The notes under the pieces are model-generated. The model made no database searches. It was given only the letters and a program-made list of their open reading frames with translations, and was not told the origin of the DNA. A stretch of 45,733 nt of DNA, from positions 1-45,733 of IMG/VR virus record IMGVR_UViG_3300012349_000008. The stretch is one strand, 5' to 3'. The position numbers were made by a program, and so were the translations under genes. This stretch comes from a virus. Taxonomy: Duplodnaviria > Caudoviricetes. Each line of letters starts with the position of its first letter. Position 1 is the stretch's first letter. Of the stretch, positions 27,705 to 37,195 are shown piece by piece.

Positions 27705-28445
27705 ATGGGAAGATATACACGTGATGAAATACTAAGTCATGCATTAGACTTTCTCCAGAGTCCACCCTTAGATAGACATGATAGACCTGGAGATGTGATA
27801 GATCAAAATGCATTTTCTATATCATGGTTACAAAGTGCCTTAGATAGATGTCATGTAAAGTTTCCATTTAGTACTGATATTCAAGATGTAAGCATTACCT
27901 TTCAGAGTAATAGTACAGATGTAGTATTAAGTAGTGATACTACAAAGTACCTCCCTACAGATTTTATCTTAGATGTCAGAGATGGAGTTATATATACTTC
28001 TGGAAATCAAAGTATTAGATTAAAGAGAAAGTCCTTTCAATATTGGTTAAGTCTATACAACTCAACACTTAATAATAAAAGTCCTGTACCTTCTATATAT
28101 ACAATAATCCAAAATAGAATTAAAGTAGCTCCTATTGTACAAACTAACATATCAGGAACTCTATGGTATTACAAACTTCCTTCTCTAGTAAACTCAGGAG
28201 ATTACATAAACTTTCCTGATGAGTGGACTCTTATAGAATACGTCCATATAAAAGGAATGGAATGGAACCATACAGTAGATTTAGGTACTTCTCAAATGTT
28301 CTTAGAGAAAGAATTAGCAAGACTTAAAGCTGCTGGGTTACTTAATGAAACAGAATATGATGTAGTTCCAATAGAGAATGATCAAATCTTTAGAGATACT
28401 CCTATAGGAGATAGAAATTCCTGGATGGGTGATATAGCTAGGTAA
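27705..28445 (+). CDS. Head-tail adaptor (tail tubular protein A-like)
   Basis: WLQSAL, Y-LPTDF, P-IY and YYKLP...FPDEW pattern of podovirus adaptors. Confidence 0.72.
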   Translation: MGRYTRDEILSHALDFLQSPPLDRHDRPGDVIDQNAFSISWLQSALDRCHVKFPFSTDIQDVSITFQSNSTDVVLSSDTTKYLPTDFILDVRDGVIYTSGNQSIRLKRKSFQYWLSLYNSTLNNKSPVPSIYTIIQNRIKVAPIVQTNISGTLWYYKLPSLVNSGDYINFPDEWTLIEYVHIKGMEWNHTVDLGTSQMFLEKELARLKAAGLLNETEYDVVPIENDQIFRDTPIGDRNSWMGDIAR

Positions 28446-28468
28446 CTTTAAAAGTAAAGGAGAAAGAT

Positions 28469-28714
28469 ATGAATGCAGTAGAATTAATATCCTTCCTAAA
28501 TGGTGAATCTACAATGACTGAGACTGTACTGTTAAATACCTTAGTCCAATACCACACAGATATAGGAGAAACTCATATAGCTGCTTCTTTAAAAGGTCTA
28601 ATGGAAAGAGCTTCTAGAGGTAACACCTCTCTACTTTCTAGTGGAACTATATCTACTATTACTAATAAAGTATCTGACTATCAATATAAAACTGATAGAT
28701 CTACTAGGAGGTAG
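28469..28714 (+). CDS. Hypothetical protein
   Basis: AAGGAG RBS; 81 aa. Confidence 0.6.
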   Translation: MNAVELISFLNGESTMTETVLLNTLVQYHTDIGETHIAASLKGLMERASRGNTSLLSSGTISTITNKVSDYQYKTDRSTRR

Positions 28715-29036
28715 CGTATTAAAAATGAGAGAGGAAAGAAGGTATACTACCTTAATAGGAGTTACTAACTACTCTACTATACAGAATATTAGTGAGTCTT
28801 TTACTATTATAAACGTAGAATTAACCCGTGATGAATTAGTACATGCTATAGAGGGATTACAAAAGACTCTAAGAGACTCCTTTAGAAATGAATACATTAC
28901 TCTAGATACCAAGAAAGAACACGTTACATCAGATAAACAAAGAAAGAGAATGAGAGAGTATTATACTAAAAATAGAGATAAAATGAAAGAGTATTATAAA
29001 AAACGTAGAAAGGTTACTGTAGATGTCGAGACTTAA
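28641..29036 (+). CDS. Hypothetical protein with REYY/KEYY basic tail
   Basis: True start probably the internal MREERR after AGGAGG. Confidence 0.55.
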   Translation: MELYLLLLIKYLTINIKLIDLLGGSVLKMREERRYTTLIGVTNYSTIQNISESFTIINVELTRDELVHAIEGLQKTLRDSFRNEYITLDTKKEHVTSDKQRKRMREYYTKNRDKMKEYYKKRRKVTVDVET

Positions 29037-29190
29037 AAAGAAAAAGCATCCAGGATTTAATAATGTACAGAAGAGTATAGAAAAGGAAGGTTATTCTAAA
29101 AAGAGTGCAGGTGCTATATTAGCAAGTAAAACTAGGAGTGCTAGTAAGAGTGCTAAGAAGAAGAATCCTAAGTTAAAAAAGGTAAAGTAA
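29023..29190 (+). CDS. Small Lys-rich protein (55 aa, not in ORF track)
   Basis: MSRLKKKKHPGFNNVQKSIEKEGYSKKSAGAILASKTRSASKSAKKKNPKLKKVK; TAATG-coupled to the next gene. Confidence 0.75.
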   Translation: MSRLKKKKHPGFNNVQKSIEKEGYSKKSAGAILASKTRSASKSAKKKNPKLKKVK

Positions 29191-29603
29191 TGCCAGTACC
29201 TAAAGGTAAGGAAGAACTCTATGGTAAAATAGCAGGACATATGCAGAATTTAGGTAAATCTTTACAAGAAAGTAAAGATATAGCAGATAGAGCTGTTAAG
29301 GTTAAGAAGAAGAAAAAGGTAAATAAGAAGTCTAAGTTTATATTTATACTTCTTATATTACTTCCTGTATCTGTAAATGCTAAATGTATAGTAGTAGAAA
29401 GAAACTTAACCATTACTCATAGATTTGAAAGGTTAACAGGATTTCCTAAAGGAAGAAGGGGATATGTAGTAGACCATATAAAACCTCTATGTGCTGGAGG
29501 GTTAGACAGTGTTGAAAATATGCAATGGCAGACTCTTAAAGATTCATACTTAAAGGATATACAAGAGCGTAAGTATTGTAAATCCTTATGGAATCATAAG
29601 TAG
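29190..29603 (+). CDS. HNH nuclease with internal signal-peptide-like segment
   Basis: GYVVDHIKPLCAGGLD---NMQWQT HNH motif preceded by KKSK-FIFILLILLP-VNA. Confidence 0.8.
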   Translation: MPVPKGKEELYGKIAGHMQNLGKSLQESKDIADRAVKVKKKKKVNKKSKFIFILLILLPVSVNAKCIVVERNLTITHRFERLTGFPKGRRGYVVDHIKPLCAGGLDSVENMQWQTLKDSYLKDIQERKYCKSLWNHK

Positions 29604-29612
29604 GAAATAAGT

Positions 29613-31487
29613 ATGACTACTTACTTTATAAGTACAACTGGAAATGATAGTAACTCTGGATCTCAAGGTAGTCCATTTCTTACATTTAAGAAATCATTAG
29701 AAACTATGGTTGCTGGTGATTTACTTCTAGTAAGGGGTGGAACTTATAATCAAAGTATACGTAAATTTGAAATAAACATTCCTAGTGGTACTTCATACAC
29801 AAATGCTATTACAGTAAGAAACTTTACAGGAGAAAGTCCTATTATAGCTCCTGGTAACGGAACTTTATTAGATCTTAACTATAGTTCCTCTGGGTCTTTA
29901 CACTACTTAATATTAGATGGAATAGTCTTTGATGGCCAATTTACTAATGAATCTATATTCTTTGATGGAGTTACTGTTGACCATCTAAGGTTTATAAATG
30001 TAACAATAAGGAATTCCTTACATCAAGGTATCTCAGGATTTGATGGTAGTAATAGTATAGAAATTATAGGTTGTGATATACATAACAACGGTACAAATCC
30101 ACACTTTGATCATGGAATATATATCGCTACTCCTAATTTACTAGTAGATGGTTGTGATATTCATAACAACTTAGCATATGGAATACAGATCTACCACAGT
30201 GGTGCTGGAGCTACACTAACTAATGGAACTGTAATTAGAAACAGCTCTATCCATAACAATGGAGAAGGAGGTAATACCCTCAACCATGGTAATGGATTAG
30301 ATTTCTATAACAACACAGTATATAACAACGTAGCAAATGGGGTAGACATTTCGTATAACAATGCTAACTTTAGAGTCTATAATAACACAATATATGGAAA
30401 TGGAGGTTCACCAGTAGCTATAGGTGATGCTCAGGCTCAGAATGCTGTAATAGATAACAACATATTCTGGCAGAATGGTATAAATAACATAACCTCTAAT
30501 GGAGGTACTTTTACACAAAGTAATAACTTAACATCTAATCCTATATTTGTTAATCAAGGAAGTTTTGATTTTCATCTACAAAGTAACTCTCCTGCTATTA
30601 GAGGAGGTACTTCTTCACTCTATCCTGCTACAGATAAAGATGGAAGTTTAAGAACTACTCCTCCAGATATAGGAGCATATCAATTTCTTGTAGTTATTCT
30701 ACCTCCTCCTTCTACAACTATAACCTGTGATGATTCTTTACCCTGGATTTTAGTCTCAAGTGGAACCTTTGCTAGTGATACTTTATTAAAAACTGTAAAC
30801 TTCTCTGTTAGACCTGCAAGATGGATATGTTTACGTAGTCTGAGAGAAATAAATGGAAACCCCTGGACTTCATGCACTGAGTTTATGGGAGTAATGAATG
30901 GACTATCTCTACTACAAACAAAAGGTATACTCTTACTGTGGGACCATGCATTAATTACTGAACCTCCTACTGATGCAGCAGTAGCCTTTAGAATCTATAG
31001 ACAAGATACTCCTACAGGACTATTTACCCTCATTGCAACAGTTCCATATCCTATTGTATCTTATTTAGATACAACTGTAATAGCAGGAAGTTCATATTCT
31101 TACGAAATAACTGCTGTGGATTACTTTAATAACGAAAGTTCTATAAGTAATATAGTCTCAGGAGTAGCTCCTAGTGCACTTCAGCATTCTGTATGGTGCT
31201 TTGATAGTCAAGAATTAGGAGTTAATAACGGTGCAGTTAATGCTATTGATGGACTTACTACAACCTTCTGGCATACTCAATGGATGACTGCTTCTCCTCC
31301 TCAACCACATAACATAGTAGTAGACTTAGGTACTGTGTATCCATTAAATGGATTTCAATACCTCCCTAGACAAGATGGAACTCCAAATGGAACTATAATT
31401 CAATATGAATTTTATATATGTGATTACTTTATAAGTAAAGGTAGAGTTATGAATGCTCCTATAATGCAACCTATACTGGCTATGTGA
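29613..31487 (+). CDS. Right-handed beta-helix protein with Fn3 and F5/8-type-C (discoidin) domains; putative depolymerase or receptor-binding protein
   Basis: G-D-N-G---PF-T, IHNN repeats, DFHL-SPAI, PDIGAY; AIDG-TTFWHT and YLPRQD. Confidence 0.85.
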   Translation: MTTYFISTTGNDSNSGSQGSPFLTFKKSLETMVAGDLLLVRGGTYNQSIRKFEINIPSGTSYTNAITVRNFTGESPIIAPGNGTLLDLNYSSSGSLHYLILDGIVFDGQFTNESIFFDGVTVDHLRFINVTIRNSLHQGISGFDGSNSIEIIGCDIHNNGTNPHFDHGIYIATPNLLVDGCDIHNNLAYGIQIYHSGAGATLTNGTVIRNSSIHNNGEGGNTLNHGNGLDFYNNTVYNNVANGVDISYNNANFRVYNNTIYGNGGSPVAIGDAQAQNAVIDNNIFWQNGINNITSNGGTFTQSNNLTSNPIFVNQGSFDFHLQSNSPAIRGGTSSLYPATDKDGSLRTTPPDIGAYQFLVVILPPPSTTITCDDSLPWILVSSGTFASDTLLKTVNFSVRPARWICLRSLREINGNPWTSCTEFMGVMNGLSLLQTKGILLLWDHALITEPPTDAAVAFRIYRQDTPTGLFTLIATVPYPIVSYLDTTVIAGSSYSYEITAVDYFNNESSISNIVSGVAPSALQHSVWCFDSQELGVNNGAVNAIDGLTTTFWHTQWMTASPPQPHNIVVDLGTVYPLNGFQYLPRQDGTPNGTIIQYEFYICDYFISKGRVMNAPIMQPILAM

Positions 31488-31488
31488 G

Positions 31489-31776
31489 ATGTTACTTCCA
31501 TATATGCAGAAGAACTATAGAAAAGAGTATATAAGTGAAGCATACGTAAGTACTCCTCCTGCAGCTTTTATAATAGATGAATATGAAAATATCTTTACTT
31601 TAGGTCTTAACTACCAAAGACCACAAGATAGTCCTAACGGAGAGTACTCTTTTAATATACTTAAAAATGGATATCCTACAGGGGAATATGGAAGTAGAAT
31701 TGAAAGAAGAAATAATAAAGTACGTATATTCACTCGTAAAGGATGGAAGTATTATAATGGAGTATCTTTTGTGTGA
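31489..31776 (+). CDS. Hypothetical protein
   Basis: 95 aa ORF in the operon. Confidence 0.65.
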   Translation: MLLPYMQKNYRKEYISEAYVSTPPAAFIIDEYENIFTLGLNYQRPQDSPNGEYSFNILKNGYPTGEYGSRIERRNNKVRIFTRKGWKYYNGVSFV

Positions 31777-31906
31777 AATGTGTGGTAAAATCTTCCTTGA
31801 GGAATATGTACAAGTAACTGTTACATCTTTATGTGAACAGTGTGTAGATTATCTTGAGTCAGAAGTACCTGGAGATATATATGAATCCACAGAAGAAGAA
31901 ACATAA
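31757..31906 (+). CDS. Small CxxC-CxxC zinc-binding protein
   Basis: MEYLLCEMC...LCEQC; 3' part of track ORF 31667..31906. Confidence 0.55.
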   Translation: MEYLLCEMCGKIFLEEYVQVTVTSLCEQCVDYLESEVPGDIYESTEEET

Positions 31907-32004
31907 AGGAGGTATATACTATAAAATAGGAAACTTTATATACTCGATAAGTTACCTCCTTGCTAAGATAGCATGGTATTTCATTAGGATAGGAGATAGA
32001 AAGA

Positions 32005-32505
32005 ATGTCTAGAGAATATGTAATTCCTATGAATGCAGTTACACTTGCTAACCAAGCTGTTACACTTGTATACTTTCAAGTAATGGCTTCTGTACCTATT
32101 ACTGCTATTGAGATTCTACGTGCATACGCCTCTCAACGTGGAAGTACTACAAGTGCTCAGGTAGGGGTACAACTCAATACACAAGTATCTGCATTTCCTA
32201 CTCTTACAAGTCAAGCTCCTGTAAAAGTAAAGGCAGGAGATCCTGTTTCTTTAATAGTAGGTGGAACAGCGGGTGCAGCAGGTACAAGTGGAATTAATGC
32301 TAGTGCTGAAGGTGCAGGAAGTAAGACTGTAGTGCTTCCTGATAACTTTAATGTCCTTAACGGCTGGCTATGGGTCCCTACTCCTAATGAGACAATTATA
32401 GAAACTCCCCAATCTACAGCACATGGATTTGGTCTACACTTTCCTACTGCTCCAACAAGTCTAACAAGTTGGTCAGGTGGATTAGTAATCAGAGAACTAG
32501 GTTAA
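32005..32505 (+). CDS. Putative virion protein
   Basis: AGGAG RBS; FNVLNGWLWVPTP motif; T/A/S-rich. Confidence 0.65.
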   Translation: MSREYVIPMNAVTLANQAVTLVYFQVMASVPITAIEILRAYASQRGSTTSAQVGVQLNTQVSAFPTLTSQAPVKVKAGDPVSLIVGGTAGAAGTSGINASAEGAGSKTVVLPDNFNVLNGWLWVPTPNETIIETPQSTAHGFGLHFPTAPTSLTSWSGGLVIRELG

Positions 32506-32557
32506 TCTTTCATAGGGATAGAAAATTACTCTTTTATAGAATAGAAAGGAGTATGCT

Positions 32558-33406
32558 ATGCCTTCTTATATTTTCTATCCCCCTCCTATGCCACAGTCTA
32601 CAATACCTCCTTTAGTAAAGTTCCCTATTTCTACCCCTCCTCCTGCACCTGACAATCCACCTTTTATTTCTAATGTGTCTCAGTACCTCATTAGAGACAC
32701 ATGGCAACCTGGGCCTCTCTACAGGGGTAATTTACAGAAAAGTAATTTTCCTATCCCTCCATTTATCATAACAGGAGATAATCCACCTCTTAGACAAGAA
32801 AATACTATAAATAGAATTAATCTCTTATGGAATATTCCTCCTGTTGCATATACTGCTTATGCTGGTCAAGCTCCTGTTGCACATCTCTTTCTTCCTGTAG
32901 ATTCTCCCAGTCCTGCACTTTACATGTATCCTAGAAGTATCTACCTCCAACACCTAGAAGCTTTATATTGGAATGTTACTAAACATAGACCTATTAGAGA
33001 TACCTTCATTACTCCAGGTACCATTCCTACTCCACCTTCTGCTACCTTCCAAGTTAATGTAAATATATTTAGCGTAAGACATTCTATATCTATAGAAGTA
33101 AACAATAACTTAAACTTACAGAATGTAAATCAAGGTAGTACTTTTATCTTTACCATCCGTGCTTTCCATAGAAAAGGATTTCCTCGAGTAGTTAGCATGG
33201 CAGATGCAGTTAGTTTAGTTTTAAAGGATTCATTAGGAAATGTAGTAGTTTCTAGTGGAGTAACTACTAAAGAGGAAAATACCTTTACCTACACATACCA
33301 ACTAGATACTAATGCTCCTAAAGGTCCATGGAGTATACAAGCTATAGCTTCTTTTAGTACAGATATAAGAATTACTCCTTTTACTGTATGCTTTACTGTT
33401 ATATGA
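32558..33406 (+). CDS. Pro-rich protein with C-terminal Ig-like domain
   Basis: DNPP repeats; C-terminal LKD-LG-VVV...YTY...GPW. Confidence 0.6.
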   Translation: MPSYIFYPPPMPQSTIPPLVKFPISTPPPAPDNPPFISNVSQYLIRDTWQPGPLYRGNLQKSNFPIPPFIITGDNPPLRQENTINRINLLWNIPPVAYTAYAGQAPVAHLFLPVDSPSPALYMYPRSIYLQHLEALYWNVTKHRPIRDTFITPGTIPTPPSATFQVNVNIFSVRHSISIEVNNNLNLQNVNQGSTFIFTIRAFHRKGFPRVVSMADAVSLVLKDSLGNVVVSSGVTTKEENTFTYTYQLDTNAPKGPWSIQAIASFSTDIRITPFTVCFTVI

Positions 33407-33416
33407 GGAAAAATAG

Positions 33417-33770
33417 ATGTTAAACACAGTGAGAGGTTCTTCAGTGTTAATAGAAATAGATACCAAAGGTGAAGAAAATCAATACGTAAATCCTGACTCT
33501 GTAAGGATTACTATTCTAGACCCTCTAGGATCTATAGTTGTTAATGAAGCCAATATGTTTAGTGAAGAAGATATAGGATTCTTCTCATACACTCATGATA
33601 CTTCTAGTGATGCTATACTAGGTCCATATACTCAAAGAATCACTGTAACTCAAGGTTCTTTTAACTACAAACCAGAACCTTCTGTATGTTTCATTCTAGA
33701 CGTAGCACAAGTACCTACCTTACCTGCATTTCAAGGTAATGCATTTCAGAATAATGCTTTTCAGGTCTAA
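33417..33770 (+). CDS. Ig-like virion protein with AFQ-N repeat tail
   Basis: ILDPLGSIVV...SYTH...GPY, similar to the previous gene; ends AFQGNAFQNNAFQV. Confidence 0.6.
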   Translation: MLNTVRGSSVLIEIDTKGEENQYVNPDSVRITILDPLGSIVVNEANMFSEEDIGFFSYTHDTSSDAILGPYTQRITVTQGSFNYKPEPSVCFILDVAQVPTLPAFQGNAFQNNAFQV

Positions 33771-33794
33771 CTTATAGATATAAGGATAAAGTAC

Positions 33795-34331
33795 ATGGCT
33801 GATCATGCAACTCTAATACATGACTTCATAAGTGCAGTAGCGGATTTAGCAGGAAGTGTAATTAAACCTTCAGACTGGAACCATGGACATAAATTCCAAG
33901 GTGGAGTAGACGGTAACTTACTAGTAAAGGATAGTACACAAACAGATGGAGTACTTTTTAAAGATCCTATAGTAGCTACTCCAGGAAGGTTAACAGATTT
34001 TCATAATGGTTCTCAAACCTACTCAGGTGCTTCTCCATCAGGGGATTTAGTAAATCTAAGTATTACTCTTACAGTACCTTCTAAACTTTTACTTATATTC
34101 GTAGCTGGACTATCAGATAGTGCAGGGTCTCTATCAGGAGGTCAAGCTCAATTCAAAAGAGACAGTACTACAATAGGGTCTACATTTCTATTAAATAACG
34201 TACAAGAGTATACTTCTGTTATATACGATACCCAAGTAGCTGGTACATATATCTACAAAGTTAATATAATAGCTTCTGTAGGCCCTATTGTAAGTTGTAC
34301 TGGAAGGGTTAATGTTTTAATATTTACTTAA
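33795..34331 (+). CDS. Putative tail fibre or virion protein
   Basis: H-F-SA-AD...PSDWN-H N-terminal motif. Confidence 0.6.
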   Translation: MADHATLIHDFISAVADLAGSVIKPSDWNHGHKFQGGVDGNLLVKDSTQTDGVLFKDPIVATPGRLTDFHNGSQTYSGASPSGDLVNLSITLTVPSKLLLIFVAGLSDSAGSLSGGQAQFKRDSTTIGSTFLLNNVQEYTSVIYDTQVAGTYIYKVNIIASVGPIVSCTGRVNVLIFT

Positions 34332-34485
34332 GCTTTATTATAACTTCTATACCTTTAAACTCTTCTTTATTAAAGAGTAAAACAGCTAGTAGATTTTCTA
34401 GACTACTCTCAGTTATTATTATATCTACATTTCCATTTCTTAATAAAATACTACGTAGGTGAGATATAAGTACATCTAGCTTCAT
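34324..34485 (-). CDS. Small hypothetical protein (53 aa, not in ORF track)
   Basis: MKLDVLISHLRSILLRNGNVDI...; convergent stop overlaps the last structural gene. Confidence 0.5.
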   Translation of the reverse strand: MKLDVLISHLRSILLRNGNVDIIITESSLENLLAVLLFNKEEFKGIEVIIKLK

Positions 34486-34489
34486 CTGG

Positions 34490-34759
34490 TTAACCTTTTA
34501 TATACTCAAGTAGTTTATGAAATACACTTACCCCTTTTTTATTTAACTCCTCCTGTCTCATCTTTGTTTGATAATACATTAACTCTAACTCTGGACTATT
34601 CCATTTATGTTCCTCTGTTACTCCTGCTCTTCTTTTTAACTCTAGCATAGCAGCAGTACTACTACAAGCTTTACTCATAGCTTCATATACTCTCTCCTGC
34701 CATTCTAAAGGATAACTATCTACTGCACTTAAATCCTTTAAGAACTCTTCTTTAGTCAT
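34490..34759 (-). CDS. Hypothetical protein
   Basis: 89 aa, ATGA-coupled. Confidence 0.6.
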   Translation of the reverse strand: MTKEEFLKDLSAVDSYPLEWQERVYEAMSKACSSTAAMLELKRRAGVTEEHKWNSPELELMYYQTKMRQEELNKKGVSVFHKLLEYIKG

Positions 34760-35595
34760 GATATTTTAATTCCTAATGCTTCTTCTATGTCTCTTATAGA
34801 TTCTGGTCCATTAACATCCATAACTTCTCCTGATAGTCTCCATGCTCCTGTCTCCTTATTCCTTTCTATTAATACTTCCTTCTTTCCTAATACTTTACTT
34901 CCTTCTAGAACTAAAAGACCCCTAGAACCTTCAGGATCAGTCCCTAAGGTTAACATATTTCCACATAACCCACTAAATCCACCATATCCACTTCCAGCAT
35001 TAACACCTCTTGTAGTACTTTTAGAAGGGTGGTGTATAAGAATATAGTGTTTACTTTCCTGTGCCTCTGCTACACCCTGTACAGTCATATACTCTAACCT
35101 ACTAAGAACATGAGACATTCCAGCCTTAGCATTTAAATCATGTGCAGTCATTTTATTTAACACATCAAATACTACCAAATCAAAAGGTACATGTTTAAGT
35201 ACTTGAGAAGCTGATCTAGGTTTATCTGATTCTGGATATGTACCCCATATTACATTCTTTACATTCTCTACTTCTTCAGGATTATCTAGAAAGTTATTAG
35301 CAAGTGCATACATAGTCCATGCTACACCATTAGGAGCTAATCTACGTATTTGTTCCTGCCATTCAAGTCTACCTGTATCAGTTTGTACATATAAACAATT
35401 CCTCTTCTTACATTTCATTCCTAGAAAAGGTTTACCATTTTGTAGAGAGTCACAGAGTTGTATACAGAGCATAGACTTTCCAGCCTTAGGAGCACCTACT
35501 AAATACGTATACCCCCCTGAGCTTAATAAACCATCTACAATCCAATCTACTTCTGTATTTCTCTTTGCTAAGTTTGTAAAGGTCTCAATTATCAT
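34756..35595 (-). CDS. RecA-like AAA ATPase / RepA-type (AAA_25) helicase
   Basis: W-VDGLL, Walker A GAPKAGKS, Walker B LVVFD, LIHH-K. Confidence 0.88.
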   Translation of the reverse strand: MIIETFTNLAKRNTEVDWIVDGLLSSGGYTYLVGAPKAGKSMLCIQLCDSLQNGKPFLGMKCKKRNCLYVQTDTGRLEWQEQIRRLAPNGVAWTMYALANNFLDNPEEVENVKNVIWGTYPESDKPRSASQVLKHVPFDLVVFDVLNKMTAHDLNAKAGMSHVLSRLEYMTVQGVAEAQESKHYILIHHPSKSTTRGVNAGSGYGGFSGLCGNMLTLGTDPEGSRGLLVLEGSKVLGKKEVLIERNKETGAWRLSGEVMDVNGPESIRDIEEALGIKIS

Positions 35596-35780
35596 TCTTT
35601 TACTTCTTCTTCTAGTTCTTTAACATAGATAACTATATATGTATATGCGTATTCTCCTTTAAAAGGATGCATATACATATGCTCTGCTAGTAAAGTCCAG
35701 TCTGTACTTTTATATGTTTTTATATAACTGTGAAAATCTTCTAAGTTATCAAATATCCCAACCATCTTCTTGATTATCAT
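35592..35780 (-). CDS. Hypothetical protein
   Basis: 62 aa, coupled. Confidence 0.5.
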   Translation of the reverse strand: MIIKKMVGIFDNLEDFHSYIKTYKSTDWTLLAEHMYMHPFKGEYAYTYIVIYVKELEEEVKE

Positions 35781-36015
35781 CTTCTATCTCCTTTATCCTA
35801 TCCATTACTCTATAAGTAATTAACTCTAAAGTTTCCTCTTTACATAAAGGACATCTTATGTCATGTACTTTATAATCCCCATCTACTAGAGACATATTCA
35901 TATATACTGCACCATACGAAGCACAACTACTACATCCTAGTAAATGTAATATAAGTACATCTCCTTCTTCTGTAAGAATTACTTCTCCTATGTTAATAGA
36001 TAGAATATCTTTCAT
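35749..36015 (-). CDS. Zinc-ribbon protein
   Basis: CSSC...CPLC. Confidence 0.6.
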   Translation of the reverse strand: MKDILSINIGEVILTEEGDVLILHLLGCSSCASYGAVYMNMSLVDGDYKVHDIRCPLCKEETLELITYRVMDRIKEIEDDNQEDGWDI

Positions 36016-37193
36016 ATAGAAGGTCTCCTTGTTATCTTAAAAGTAGCAGTAATAGGAATACTATTACTTTCATATGTAAGTTCTCTTTGAGTAACATCTT
36101 TAACTTCTTGTAGGATTTGTAACTCTTCTTCCTCTCTTCCTCTAGAACTTGTAGAAGTATATGGAAACGCCCATTTTAATGAATCATGTTGATTTTGTAT
36201 TAAATAAGACTCTTTAAATCTCTTTTGTAGTAATATACATGACTCATTAATATAACTCGCTACAGTTCCTTGTATTCTAAAATTAAATCCTTCCTTAGCT
36301 GTACTTTGATTTTGAAAGTAAAATAGTCTACGACCTCCATATAAAGTCCTTGCTATTAAATCCTTTCTTATCCTTTCCATCTCTTCAGCTTTACGTTTTT
36401 GAATCTCTACATTACCTTCAATAAAATTAATAGCGATACTGATGTAATTAGGAGTGACCAGGTTACCTTCCTCATTTGGTATAAGAAAGGATTCAATATT
36501 TGGGATTGTATAGACAAATGCTGGATTATAAATAAGCCTGTTAAACACCCTATAAGGAGGCTTAGGCTTATACTTACCGTATCTATCAATAGATACATAA
36601 AAATACTGTCCACCATATGTTAAGTTTTTAGAAATAGTTCTACGTGGGTCATCCTTTCCATTCCACTTTACTTCTTCTCTCCATCTCTCATCTTCTTTAG
36701 AGCTGTGGGGATTATAAATATTATTACATAAAGGCAAGTTGAAAAGACCACAAGTAACTGGAGTATGTATATCCACACCATTTCTTAAATCCCTTAACCT
36801 TTCCTTCCAATCTAATATTAAGCAATAAATCCTATGTTCTACAGCATCTAAGTCATGTTCAATCCAGAATGTATCTTTATCAGGTAGTAAGCAGTCTCTA
36901 ATACTCCAACATATAGATGTTTTCTCATGTATCCCCTCTGGACACTTAGGATTAATACACTTCTTAGGAAATCCATTAAGAGCTGGATTTAAATAAGACC
37001 ACCTTCCACTACTTTGTGTTGGTAAGATAACAGGATGTATTCTATCTTCATGTCTTAAAGAAGCCAAGAAGGTATCTTTAAGAGTATGTATATTTGAATA
37101 CTCTAATCTTAAAGAAGCTATATCTTTCTCTTTCTTACCTAATGTATCTCTTTGTAAAGCTTTTAATAATTCATCTCTAGATACAGAGGGCAC
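36012..37193 (-). CDS. Family A DNA polymerase, polymerase subunit
   Basis: SGRWS-NP-L, motif A DLDAVEHR, motif B R---KNLTYG--Y, N--IQG, motif C HDS; likely GTG start at 37193 behind AAGGAG. Confidence 0.9.
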   Translation of the reverse strand: MPSVSRDELLKALQRDTLGKKEKDIASLRLEYSNIHTLKDTFLASLRHEDRIHPVILPTQSSGRWSYLNPALNGFPKKCINPKCPEGIHEKTSICWSIRDCLLPDKDTFWIEHDLDAVEHRIYCLILDWKERLRDLRNGVDIHTPVTCGLFNLPLCNNIYNPHSSKEDERWREEVKWNGKDDPRRTISKNLTYGGQYFYVSIDRYGKYKPKPPYRVFNRLIYNPAFVYTIPNIESFLIPNEEGNLVTPNYISIAINFIEGNVEIQKRKAEEMERIRKDLIARTLYGGRRLFYFQNQSTAKEGFNFRIQGTVASYINESCILLQKRFKESYLIQNQHDSLKWAFPYTSTSSRGREEEELQILQEVKDVTQRELTYESNSIPITATFKITRRPSI

Positions 37194-37195
37194 TA

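Noticed and set aside
25184-33770. Diversity-generating retroelement or invertible tail cassette
   Set aside because: No reverse transcriptase or invertase, and no TR/VR-like repeat pair was seen.
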